From assembly GCA_043819795.1 (NCBI GenBank), contig JBDREN010000095.1, forward strand, positions 2,047 through 66,046: a DNA stretch of 64,000 nt, read 5' to 3'. The DNA is from Elusimicrobiota bacterium. GTDB lineage: Bacteria > Elusimicrobiota > Elusimicrobia > UBA1565. Of this stretch, positions 1-8,977 are shown piece by piece; positions within the stretch are counted from its first letter, which is position 1, and each line of letters begins with the position of its first letter. The notes beneath the pieces are model-generated. The model had not been told where the DNA came from. It ran no database searches and saw only the letters and a program-made list of their open reading frames with translations. The translations under genes and the position numbers were made by a program.

Positions 1-2786
1 CCTTCGCTCAGGAGCAGGGCCACGGGAAAGGCGGCGAGCGCGTCGGCAAGCGGCAATACTCGCCCTTCCAGCCGGCTCCCGGTCACCGCGTCCGTCCAAC
101 GAGCGGGCGCGGGCTGGGGGAGCTCCAGGCGGGCATCGCCCCACACCCGGTCCCCCAGAGGCAGCTCCCCCGCGCCGACAAGAGCCGCGAACATGCGAGG
201 CGCGATAGCCACGCACCATTGCGTCCCCCGGCGCCTCGCGAACGCCACGACGTTTCCGGCGCGGCCGCTGGCCTGCAGCGGCACGTAATCACCCTCGCGG
301 AAAAGCTCCGGATGCCGGCGGCGGGCCGCAAGGCCGCGATGGATCAAGAAGAGCTTCACCGCGCCGTCCGCCATGTCCTCCAACAGCCGGGAGGCCAAGC
401 CGACGGGGTCGCCGTCGCAGCCGCTCACGATACGGTCGAGCATCGCGCCGCGCGCCGCGAAGTCCACGGGCCTGCGGTTGTCGGGGTCCACGAGGCTCAG
501 GTCCCAAAGCTCACATCCCTGGTAGAAGTCCGGCAGTCCCGGAGCCGCCAGCTTGAGTAGAGTCTGGGACAGGGAGTTGAGAGCGCCGTAGTGCGCCACC
601 TTGCGTTGAAACGGCAGGAAATCCCGGAGAAATTCGTTTTCAGCGGAGGGGTCGAGTATTTTCTCCAAGAACGATTCGCAGGCCTGCTCATAGGCCTCGT
701 CCTGCTCGACCCAGTCGGAATGGAGTTGAGCCTCGCGAACGGCCTTTATCACGTACTGCTTCATCCGGGCCGTGAATTCCGGGCCGGGGCTCCCGCCCCA
801 AGGAAACGTCCCGACCAGAGTCTGATAGACCAGATACTCGTCGTTGGCGTCCGGCATGGGCTGCCTGCTGCGCCGCCGCTTCTTCCCGCGGTTCAATCGG
901 GCCCATGACCGCACCTGCTGCGCCCACTCGCGGCTCAACTCCGAGAGCGCATGGATCCGCGCCCTCACGTCCTCCCCCCGCTTCGCATCGTGGGTGGAGG
1001 TGGCGTTGACGGCGTGGGGCCAGCCGCTCGAGCGCCGCGCGCAGAAAGCGTGGAACTCCTCCGCCGAGCGCCCGAAGGCTATGGGGCTGCCTCCGACCTC
1101 GTTGAGCGAGCACAGCCGGTTATAGACGTAGAATACGGTATCCTCCAATCCCTTGGCCATGAGGGGGGCGGCATGCTGCTGCAGGTTCATCGCGAAGTCC
1201 ACCCACCGGCTTCGCTCCTCCTGTCCCATGGCGGCGGGGAATCTCAGCAGAAGAAACTTCTCCAGGAAATCGATCTCATAGCGCAAGGTCTTTGCCGCGG
1301 CTTTCGCCTTGTCGATCGCCTCATGGATGAGCCGTTTGTCCTGCTCGCTGAAGCGCTCCGAGTCTATGTACGTCCGGTAGACCGGGAAATGCGCCAGCAC
1401 CTCGACGATGGCTTTCCTGAGGTGATGGAGGGTTATGTCGCGGCCCTGCCGATCCTGCGACGACATGGCCTTGATGTGGAGGGCGAGGCCGTCGATGCCG
1501 CCGGCTAAATACCGCTCCGCGATCATCCGCTTCTGACGCGCCAGCAGCTCGTCATAGCCGCGGCCCAGCCGCGCGAAGTCGTAATAGGCGCGCGTCATCT
1601 CCTTCTCGGCTTCCCGGCGGCAGAACAATCCGCCCGCCTCGTTGAGAAAGTCGTATCCCGTGGTGCCCTGCACCGGCCAATCCTCGGGGAGATGCTCGTC
1701 GCGTCCGAGTATCTTCTCGACCGCGATGTAGATGTCCCCCGCCTTTTCTCGGAGCCTGCGCAGATAGCCGGCCGGGTCGAAGAGCCCGTCTATGTGATCC
1801 GCGCGCACGCCGCTGATGAGACCCCGCCTCGCGAGGCCCAGCACCTTTTCGTGGAGAAAGTCGAACACGCGTTCGTCCTCGACCCGCATGCAGATCAGCT
1901 CGTTGATCGTGAAGAACCTGCGGTAGTTGATCTCCTCCGAGGCGAATTTCCAGAAGGACAGCTGAAAGCGCTGCGCCGAAAGCAGCTCGTCGAGAAGATC
2001 GAAGCTCTCGGCTTGGCCCGGCCGGCCGTTGAAAAGCGCGACATTCCCTTCGATAAACGCCCTGATCCCCGGCTCCTTTTGAAAAAGGTCCCAGAGCATG
2101 CGCTTGGCGTGGGCGATGCGGTCGTACCCCCCGGCCTTCCCCCGGTCGCCGGCTATGGACCCGAACAGATGCGCTACGCCGATGTATCTGATGAGGGTCG
2201 GATTCGCGGTCCCCAGCGCGCTCTCGAGCCTCCCCAAGTCGTGCTCCAGCACCTTGGCGTAGCTCTCCAGGCGTATCGGAAAGCGCCACGAGAAGTAGGA
2301 TATATGGAGCCCTTCCCGGTCGTAGCCCAGGCGGATGTCGCCGTCGTTGAGCGCCACCGCGTAGAACTTGCCCAGAAACGGCGCGAGAAGCCTTCCCCGC
2401 AGCCCCTTGTAAGGATGCTCCCAATCGATGTCGAAGTAGCGGTAGAAGGGGGACTTCTCCCCGCTTTCCAGCAGGTCCATCAGGGCCCGGTTGTCGCTAC
2501 TGAAGGCCATGTGGTTGGGCACGATATCCTGCAGCCAGGACATGCCCCTTGAGCGCAGATCCTCCAGCAGCGCCTGGAGCTCCGTTTCGGAGCCCAGCTC
2601 GTCGTTGATCCGCGTCGGGTCCACGATGTCGTAGCCGTGCCGGCTTCCCCGGCGGGGCCGAACGATGGGGGAGGCGTAGATATCGGATACGCCGAGCTTC
2701 TCGAGATAGGGGACGATCCTCCGCGCCGCGGCGAATCCGAAGTCGGCGTTGAGCTGGAGCCGATAGCTCGCTAGCGGGACGCGCAC
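1..2786 (-). CDS. treY: maltooligosyl trehalose synthase (TreY); 3' end runs off the window
   Basis: Absent from the ORF track because this frame has no stop inside the window. My minus-strand translation from GTG 2786 reads VRVPLASYRLQLNADFGFAAARRIVPYLEKLGVSDIYASPIVRPRRGSRHGYDIVDP...LQDIVPNHMAF. The same frame near 1-764 reads MKQYVIKAVREAQLHSDWVEQ...LPDFYQGCELWDLSLVDPDNRRPVDF...AAFPVALLLSE (TreY C-terminus). No listed minus ORF shares this frame. The start overlaps the GH57 stop by 16 nt. Confidence 0.85.
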   Translation of the reverse strand, partial: MRVPLASYRLQLNADFGFAAARRIVPYLEKLGVSDIYASPIVRPRRGSRHGYDIVDPTRINDELGSETELQALLEDLRSRGMSWLQDIVPNHMAFSSDNRALMDLLESGEKSPFYRYFDIDWEHPYKGLRGRLLAPFLGKFYAVALNDGDIRLGYDREGLHISYFSWRFPIRLESYAKVLEHDLGRLESALGTANPTLIRYIGVAHLFGSIAGDRGKAGGYDRIAHAKRMLWDLFQKEPGIRAFIEGNVALFNGRPGQAESFDLLDELLSAQRFQLSFWKFASEEINYRRFFTINELICMRVEDERVFDFLHEKVLGLARRGLISGVRADHIDGLFDPAGYLRRLREKAGDIYIAVEKILGRDEHLPEDWPVQGTTGYDFLNEAGGLFCRREAEKEMTRAYYDFARLGRGYDELLARQKRMIAERYLAGGIDGLALHIKAMSSQDRQGRDITLHHLRKAIVEVLAHFPVYRTYIDSERFSEQDKRLIHEAIDKAKAAAKTLRYEIDFLEKFLLLRFPAAMGQEERSRWVDFAMNLQQHAAPLMAKGLEDTVFYVYNRLCSLNEVGGSPIAFGRSAEEFHAFCARRSSGWPHAVNATSTHDAKRGEDVRARIHALSELSREWAQQVRSWARLNRGKKRRRSRQPMPDANDEYLVYQTLVGTFPWGGSPGPEFTARMKQYVIKAVREAQLHSDWVEQDEAYEQACESFLEKILDPSAENEFLRDFLPFQRKVAHYGALNSLSQTLLKLAAPGLPDFYQGCELWDLSLVDPDNRRPVDFAARGAMLDRIVSGCDGDPVGLASRLLEDMADGAVKLFLIHRGLAARRRHPELFREGDYVPLQASGRAGNVVAFARRRGTQWCVAIAPRMFAALVGAGELPLGDRVWGDARLELPQPAPARWTDAVTGSRLEGRVLPLADALAAFPVALLLSE

Positions 2787-5206
2787 AGGCTGTCCACCCG
2801 AACCTTCAGGAGTTCCCCCATCCTCTCGCAGCGCCTCATCCAATCCGCCGCCGCCCCGTCGCCCGCGGCCGCGAAACCGCGTTTGCCGGCCAGACGCCGC
2901 CGGCAAAGGCCGATATAGAGATTCTGGGCTCGCGCCAGATCCAGGTCCAGTCCCAGCGACTCGCCGGTCTCCAACAGCGCGATCATGCGTCGGGGCGCGT
3001 CGTCATCATCCGGCCGCTTGGCGAAGCGCTCGGCCAGCGCGTTCACCCGGCGTCCGAGAAGGAAGCCGGCGGTCGCCTTGTCGAACGGCACCTTGGAGGC
3101 CTGGATCTCTCCCGCGATCCTGGCCAAGCGCCCCATATCCACTTTCTTCGCCTCCAGCGCGGCGCGCAGCTCCGTATCCAGGACGAACTCCGCCATGGCC
3201 AGCAGCGGGCGCGGTATGGGCATCCCCATGCGCACCACCGCCTGCACGGTGGGATAGTGGTTGTCGAACGCCTGCCGCAGCACCCCCCGGACCTCCCGGA
3301 GAGCGGTCTCGAATATCTTGTCGAGCACCAGCCGCTGCTCGTCGCGGAACAGGTGCCAGATCGAATAGTTGTGCCCCTCGAACCGGTCGTCGATCAGGCG
3401 GATAACGTCCGCGAAAGAACCTCTGGAGAAAGCCTCCTCGAGCTCCCGCGTCATGCGCTGAAATTCCTCCGCGCCGAGAAATTCCCTCGCGCCCCCTACG
3501 ATCTCGTGGTCGCCCATATGCAGGATGGCGTAGCTGGTCTCGGCGCCGGCCAGCGTCACGGAGGAACGGATAAGCACCCTCCCGACAAGCAGCTTATGCT
3601 TGCCTATCGCGGTGATCTCGCGGGCCCGGCTTTCCACGGTGTAGCAATAGATCTCGCGGCTTTCCTCCTCGTCGCGGAAAAGGGAGGCCACCGCGTAGTG
3701 GACGCCCACGCGAAGCAGGTCCACCATCGAGGGTCTCACGTAGCGCCTGAAGGCCTCGGCGCCCGTCTTGAGCTCGGGCATGTTGCTCGGGGCGCGCTCC
3801 AGCAGGTCCAGAAACACATGCTCGAAGGACACGCCGCCGGTCAGCTCGGCCAACTGGATGGCCCTGGCGGCGTACTGCAGGACCTGCACGGTCTCGATGC
3901 CGGAGACCTCGTCGAAGAACCAGCCGCAGCTGGTGTACATCAGCATGGCGTGCCGCTGCATCTCCAGAAGGTTGAGCGCCCGCACCGTCTCTTCGGGGGA
4001 GAGCCGGCGGAGCGCGTGCTCCGACAAGAACCCCGCCACCCTCAACGGGGAGCGGTCCAGCACGACGGAAATATACGCGTCCCGCGCGCCCCAGGGATCG
4101 CGCAGGAGCTTGGAGGCCTGCTCCTGGTACAGCTCGGCCGCGTTGTCGCGCAGCCAGTCGAGCGCTCCGCGCAACGGGCCGCGCCATGCCTGGGACCATC
4201 CGGGGCGGCCCCCCGAGTCGCATCCGCAATCGGCGCGCCAGCGCTCCACTCCGTGTATGCAGCTCCAGGAGGAGTCCTCGTGTATCTCGACTTCGAACCG
4301 CGGGGGATGCTTCTCCAGATATTCGCCGTACACGGTGAGCCGCGCGCGCCCCCCGGATTCGATATGATGCAGGCAGTAGGCCAGCGCCATATCCCCGAAG
4401 GCGTGATGATGCCCGTACGTCTCGCCGTCGGTCGCGACGTGGGATATGTCCCCGTCCGCATCGAGCGGGGCCAAAAGGCGGCTCGCGTACGTCTCGCCGT
4501 TCGCCAGAAGATCGCCGAAGGCCAGGTCCTGAGCGATGGCTCCGTCATAGAAGAAGAGCGCGATCTCGCGGCCGGACGGGAGACGGCAGAGGTAGGCCCT
4601 GCGCGGATCGATGAGCCCTTCGCCCACGTCCTGCCAGCCGCGGCGTCCGATCTTCCGTACGCGCTTCGCCTGGCGCGGAGCGAGAACGGTGAACCGGATG
4701 CCGTTCTCCGCCAGGATGTCGAGCGTTTCCAGATCGGCCGCGGTCTCGGGAAGCCACATGCCCTCAGGGTCGCGGCCGAACCGGCGGCGGAAGTCCTCCA
4801 TTCCCCAGAGGACCTGGGTGCGCTTGTCGCGGGCGGAGGCCAAGGGCATGATCATGTGGTTGTAGCACTGGGCCATAGCCGAGCCGTGCCCGGAAAACCG
4901 CTGGAGGCTCTCTCTGTCGGCCTCGAGGAGCGCCTGGTAGACCTCCGGGGCGTTCTCCTTCATCCAGGAGAGCAAGGTCGGGCCGAAATTGAAGCTGATG
5001 CGCGAATAGTTGCTGCGTATGTCGATGATCCGCCCCTCCGGATCCATGACGCGCGAGGTCGCGTTGGGCGCGTAACACTCGGCCGTGATCCGGTCGTTCC
5101 AATCGTGGTACGGATGGGCGGAGGTCTGGACCTCCACGCCTTCCAGCCACGGATTCTCCCGGGGCGGCTGGTAGAAATGCCCATGCACGCAGACATAACG
5201 CTTCAT
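2771..5206 (-). CDS. glycoside hydrolase family 57 protein (alpha-amylase/glucanotransferase-like, long C-terminal extension)
   Basis: 811-aa ORF with GH57 blocks HGHFYQPPRENPW, NHMIMPLA, WLPETA (nucleophile Glu) and ATDGETYGHH (acid/base Asp). Confidence 0.85.
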   Translation of the reverse strand: MKRYVCVHGHFYQPPRENPWLEGVEVQTSAHPYHDWNDRITAECYAPNATSRVMDPEGRIIDIRSNYSRISFNFGPTLLSWMKENAPEVYQALLEADRESLQRFSGHGSAMAQCYNHMIMPLASARDKRTQVLWGMEDFRRRFGRDPEGMWLPETAADLETLDILAENGIRFTVLAPRQAKRVRKIGRRGWQDVGEGLIDPRRAYLCRLPSGREIALFFYDGAIAQDLAFGDLLANGETYASRLLAPLDADGDISHVATDGETYGHHHAFGDMALAYCLHHIESGGRARLTVYGEYLEKHPPRFEVEIHEDSSWSCIHGVERWRADCGCDSGGRPGWSQAWRGPLRGALDWLRDNAAELYQEQASKLLRDPWGARDAYISVVLDRSPLRVAGFLSEHALRRLSPEETVRALNLLEMQRHAMLMYTSCGWFFDEVSGIETVQVLQYAARAIQLAELTGGVSFEHVFLDLLERAPSNMPELKTGAEAFRRYVRPSMVDLLRVGVHYAVASLFRDEEESREIYCYTVESRAREITAIGKHKLLVGRVLIRSSVTLAGAETSYAILHMGDHEIVGGAREFLGAEEFQRMTRELEEAFSRGSFADVIRLIDDRFEGHNYSIWHLFRDEQRLVLDKIFETALREVRGVLRQAFDNHYPTVQAVVRMGMPIPRPLLAMAEFVLDTELRAALEAKKVDMGRLARIAGEIQASKVPFDKATAGFLLGRRVNALAERFAKRPDDDDAPRRMIALLETGESLGLDLDLARAQNLYIGLCRRRLAGKRGFAAAGDGAAADWMRRCERMGELLKVRVDSLCASR

Positions 5207-5207
5207 C

Positions 5208-7073
5208 TCAGACCTCCCGGAAGAGAGCGAAACTCATCGGTCCGATCCGGCACTCATCCCCGGCCGCCAGCGTGTCGGCGACGGTGCAGCCCGGACCTCG
5301 CCACCGCGACGAAGCGGAATCGAGCACTTTCTTCCAGCCAGCCCCCTCCGAGGCCCCGACGATGGCGGCCCGGCCAGGGCTCAGGTTGGCCAGGCAGAGC
5401 ACATCCCCGGACGCGTGCCTGCGCCGCATCCAAAGCGTCCGGTCGCGCTCGTTGGAGCCGGCCTCCAACGAGCGGCGGTCGAGAGAGGCGAGAGCGGGCA
5501 GCTCGCGCCGCAGCCGCAGAAGGCGCCGGTAGTACTTCAGCATCACCGCGTGATCGCCCTCGCCTCGCGTATCCCAGCGCAGCTTGGATCTCGAGAAAGT
5601 CTCCTCGGATTGGGGGTCGGGAGGCTCCGTCCGATCGTCGGCGAAGCTGCATTCCTTCTTGCGTCCATCCCGGACGGCCCGGACCAGGTCCGGGGCGGTA
5701 TGGCTCACGAAATAGAGGAATGGGGCCTTCTCCGCGTACTCCTCCCCCATGAACAACAGCGGCAGCCCGGGCGCCGCGAGCAGCAGCCCGGCCGCCGCCT
5801 TGTGCGCCTCGAATCCCACCAAGGACGCGAGCCTCTCGCCGAGCTTGCGGTTGCCCACCTGGTCGTGATTCTGGAGGCAGAGGACGAACCGCTTGGGCGG
5901 GACCCCGCGGGCGGGCGTTCCGTGCCGCCGCTTCCGGAAGAAGGAGTAGTCGCCCGCGTTGGCGAAGCCGTTTCGGAGGGCCTTCTCCAGACACCGCATC
6001 GATCCGAAGTCCGCATAAAACCGGGTCTTCTCGCCGGTCAAGACGGCATGCAGAGCGTGGTGGAAGTCATCGCTCCACTGCGCGTGCAACCCCCATCCTC
6101 CGCTGCGGCGGGGGCGGACCACCTTGGGATCGTCGAGGTCGCTCTCCGCGATGAGCAGGCGGGCCCGGCCGTCGCGCCTGGAGAAAGCCTCGACCTCCCG
6201 GGAAAGCTCGTGGAGGATGGGCACGGCTCCGAAGTCGAACATGGCGTCGATCGCGTCGATCCGAAGGCCGTCCAGATGATACTCCCGGAGCCAGAACAAG
6301 GCGTTCTCGATGAAGTAGCGCCGGACACCGTCGCTGTACGGGCCGTCGTAGTTGATCGCGGGCCCCCACGGCGTGCGGTACCTGTCCGTGAAATAGGGCC
6401 CGAATTCGGCCAGATAGTTGCCCTCGGGTCCGAGATGGTTGTACACCACGTCGAGTACCACCGCGAGGCCGGCGCGATGCGCGCGGTCCACGAGTCTCTT
6501 GAGCCCGGCCGGGCCCCCGTAGGCGGCCTGGACCGCGAACGGATAGACGCCGTCGTAGCCCCAGTTCCTCGGCCCCGAAGCCTGCGCGACCGGCATCAGC
6601 TCGACGGCCGTGACGCCGAGATCGCGAATCTCCCCGAGCCGGCCGATGACGCCCTCGAAAGTCCCCTCCGGACTGAACGCGCCGACATGCATCTCGTAGA
6701 GAACGAGGCGCTCCAAAGGGACGCCCGGCCATCGCGAGTCCTCCCACTTGAACGCCCCGTGATCCACGGCCTCCGACGGTCCGTGAACGCCCTCGGGCTG
6801 AAAATGGGACGCCGGGTCGGGCCTTTCCACCTCGTCATCAAGCCGGTACAAATACCGCGATCCGGCTCCCGCATCCTCGACCCGGGCGGTCCAATAGCCC
6901 TCCCCGTCCCGCGTCATCGGGACCGTCCTGGGCCGCGGCCCCACGAGCCGCAAGGCCACGGAACGCCGCAGGGGCGCCCACACGCGGAAATGCGCGGACC
7001 CGTCCGGCAGATAACGGGCGCCGGGCCGCCCGGATGCGCCCTCCCTTCCCGCCGCTATCGTGGCTTTAGCCAT
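5208..7073 (-). CDS. treZ: malto-oligosyltrehalose trehalohydrolase (TreZ)
   Basis: ORF 5208-7358 trimmed to ATG 7073 (MAKATIAAG...), because the upstream part is Arg-rich and overlaps glgB. Contains FRVWAP and the GH13 blocks YNHLGPEG, GLRIDAID, AESDLDD, LQNHDQVGN. Confidence 0.85.
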   Translation of the reverse strand: MAKATIAAGREGASGRPGARYLPDGSAHFRVWAPLRRSVALRLVGPRPRTVPMTRDGEGYWTARVEDAGAGSRYLYRLDDEVERPDPASHFQPEGVHGPSEAVDHGAFKWEDSRWPGVPLERLVLYEMHVGAFSPEGTFEGVIGRLGEIRDLGVTAVELMPVAQASGPRNWGYDGVYPFAVQAAYGGPAGLKRLVDRAHRAGLAVVLDVVYNHLGPEGNYLAEFGPYFTDRYRTPWGPAINYDGPYSDGVRRYFIENALFWLREYHLDGLRIDAIDAMFDFGAVPILHELSREVEAFSRRDGRARLLIAESDLDDPKVVRPRRSGGWGLHAQWSDDFHHALHAVLTGEKTRFYADFGSMRCLEKALRNGFANAGDYSFFRKRRHGTPARGVPPKRFVLCLQNHDQVGNRKLGERLASLVGFEAHKAAAGLLLAAPGLPLLFMGEEYAEKAPFLYFVSHTAPDLVRAVRDGRKKECSFADDRTEPPDPQSEETFSRSKLRWDTRGEGDHAVMLKYYRRLLRLRRELPALASLDRRSLEAGSNERDRTLWMRRRHASGDVLCLANLSPGRAAIVGASEGAGWKKVLDSASSRWRGPGCTVADTLAAGDECRIGPMSFALFREV

Positions 7074-8977
7074 ATGACGGCCAACGGCGGCAGAGCAAGG
7101 GAGAGCGAGCACCCCTGGCCATGGAACGGAAGCGGCGAGGCTTCGACGCTTCCCATGTTCCCTTGCCCGCCGCCGCCGAACTCCTCGGCGTCGGTGTTGA
7201 GCAGCTCCCGCCAGATGCCGCCGCGGGGGACGCCCACCCGGTAGCTGTGGCGGGGCACGGAGGTGAGGTTGCACACGATCAGGACGGCGTCTTGGGAGGT
7301 CTTGGCCTTCCGCAGGAAACTGAGAACGCTTTGCCGGCTGTCGTTCGCGTCGACCCATGAAAATCCGGACGCATCGCAGTCGGATTCGTGGAGCGCCGGC
7401 TCCTCCCTATAGATCCGGTTGAGGTTCGAGACGAGCCTGCGCACGCCTTGATGCGCCCCCCGCTCGGTCAGGTGCCAATCCAGGGACTTGTCGTGGTTCC
7501 ACTCGTCCCACTGCCCGAACTCGCTTCCCATGAAAAGCAGCTTCTTGCCCGGCTGCGCGTACATGTAGGCGAGGAGCGCCCGGAGATTGGCGAATTTCCG
7601 CCAGTCGTCTCCGGGCATCTTGCGCAAGAGAGACCCTTTGCCGTGCACGACCTCGTCGTGCGATAGGGGCAGCACGAAGTTCTCCTGGAAGGCGTAGATC
7701 GCCCGGAATGTCATTTCGTTGTGGTGGTGGCTGCGATGCACGGGATCGCGCGACATGTACTTGAGCGTGTCGTGCATCCAGCCCATGTCCCACTTCAGGC
7801 CGAAACCCAATCCGCCCACATGGGTCGGCCGGGACACCATGGGCCATGAGGTCGAGTCCTCGGCGATGGTCTGCACGCCCGGAAAGCTCTTATAGACCTC
7901 CTCGTTAAGCCGTCTTAGAAAGGAAATAGCCTCGATGTTCTCGCGTCCGCCGTATCGGTTCGGGATCCATTCGCCTTCCTTGCGCGAGTAGTCCAGATAG
8001 AGCATGGAGGCCACGGCGTCGACGCGGAGCCCGTCCGCATGGTACTTGTCGAGCCAAAAGAAGGCGCTGGATATCAGAAAACTCCGGGTCTCGCGCCGCC
8101 CGTAATTGAAGATGAAACTGTTCCAGTCTGGGTGCACGCCCTTGCGCGGGTCCTCGTGCTCGAACAGATGGGTGCCGTCGAAATAGCCGATGCCGTGCTC
8201 GTCCTGAGGGAAATGGGACGGAACCCAGTCCAGAATGACCCCGATCCCCCGCTGGTGCAGGGTGTCTATGAGGTGCATGAGGTCCTGGGGCGCCCCGTAG
8301 CGGCTGGTGGGGGCGAAATACCCGGTGGTCTGGTAGCCCCAGGAGCCGTAGAAAGGATGCTCCATGACCGGCATGAGCTCGACGTGGGTGAATCCGGTCT
8401 CGACGACATAATCCGCCAGCTTGCCCGCCATTTCACGATACGTAAGGGATCGGTTCCCTTCCTCCGGGACGCGCATCCAGGAGCCCAGGTGCACTTCGTA
8501 GATGGAGATCGGCGCTTCCAGCGCGTTTCGCTCGGCGCGCCCGCGCATCCAGCCTTCATCCCCCCATCGGTAATCGAGGTCCCAGACCACGGATGCCGTC
8601 TGCGGCGAGATTTCGCCGTAGAAAGCGAAGGGGTCGGTCTTGTCCGCCTTGTAGCCCCTATGCCTTGAGACCACATGGAACCTGTAACGGTGGCCTTTTC
8701 GGGCCTCTGAGATCACGCCTTCCCAGATGCCGGACTCGGCCATAGGCCTCAGCGGGTGGGCCTGCTTGTCCCAGCCGTTGAAGTCTCCCATCACGGAAAC
8801 GCTCTCCGCGTTGGGCGCCCAGACGGCGAAATGGGCGCCCCGGTCCTCCGCAATGAGGTGCGAGCCCAGCTTATCGTAAAGACGGAAATGCGATCCCTCG
8901 TTGAAGAGGTGGATGTCCTGGTCAGTCAGCAGGCTCGGGCGCTCCAGGTTCTTTCGAGTCATCAATGGGATCCTCAT
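7055..8977 (-). CDS. glgB: 1,4-alpha-glucan branching enzyme (GlgB)
   Basis: 640-aa ORF with LLTDQDIHLFNEGSHFRLYDKLGSH, FAVWAPNAESVSVMGDFNGWD, DWVPSHFP, GLRVDAVASMLY, IAEDSTSWP, LPLSHDEVVHGKGS. The start could instead be ATG 8962. Confidence 0.9.
   Translation of the reverse strand: MRIPLMTRKNLERPSLLTDQDIHLFNEGSHFRLYDKLGSHLIAEDRGAHFAVWAPNAESVSVMGDFNGWDKQAHPLRPMAESGIWEGVISEARKGHRYRFHVVSRHRGYKADKTDPFAFYGEISPQTASVVWDLDYRWGDEGWMRGRAERNALEAPISIYEVHLGSWMRVPEEGNRSLTYREMAGKLADYVVETGFTHVELMPVMEHPFYGSWGYQTTGYFAPTSRYGAPQDLMHLIDTLHQRGIGVILDWVPSHFPQDEHGIGYFDGTHLFEHEDPRKGVHPDWNSFIFNYGRRETRSFLISSAFFWLDKYHADGLRVDAVASMLYLDYSRKEGEWIPNRYGGRENIEAISFLRRLNEEVYKSFPGVQTIAEDSTSWPMVSRPTHVGGLGFGLKWDMGWMHDTLKYMSRDPVHRSHHHNEMTFRAIYAFQENFVLPLSHDEVVHGKGSLLRKMPGDDWRKFANLRALLAYMYAQPGKKLLFMGSEFGQWDEWNHDKSLDWHLTERGAHQGVRRLVSNLNRIYREEPALHESDCDASGFSWVDANDSRQSVLSFLRKAKTSQDAVLIVCNLTSVPRHSYRVGVPRGGIWRELLNTDAEEFGGGGQGNMGSVEASPLPFHGQGCSLSLALPPLAVIWLKPR

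Noticed and set aside
5208-7358. N-terminal 95 codons of the treZ ORF; similar N-terminal extensions of ORFs 8922-12425, 19313-20845, 18598-19338, 34944-36755, 61380-62087, 48267-50075 and 52560-54515
   Set aside because: The extensions are Arg/Pro/Gly-rich and overlap the preceding gene. In each case an internal start gives a canonical N-terminus or a 4-nt coupling overlap. Trimmed coordinates are used in the feature list.
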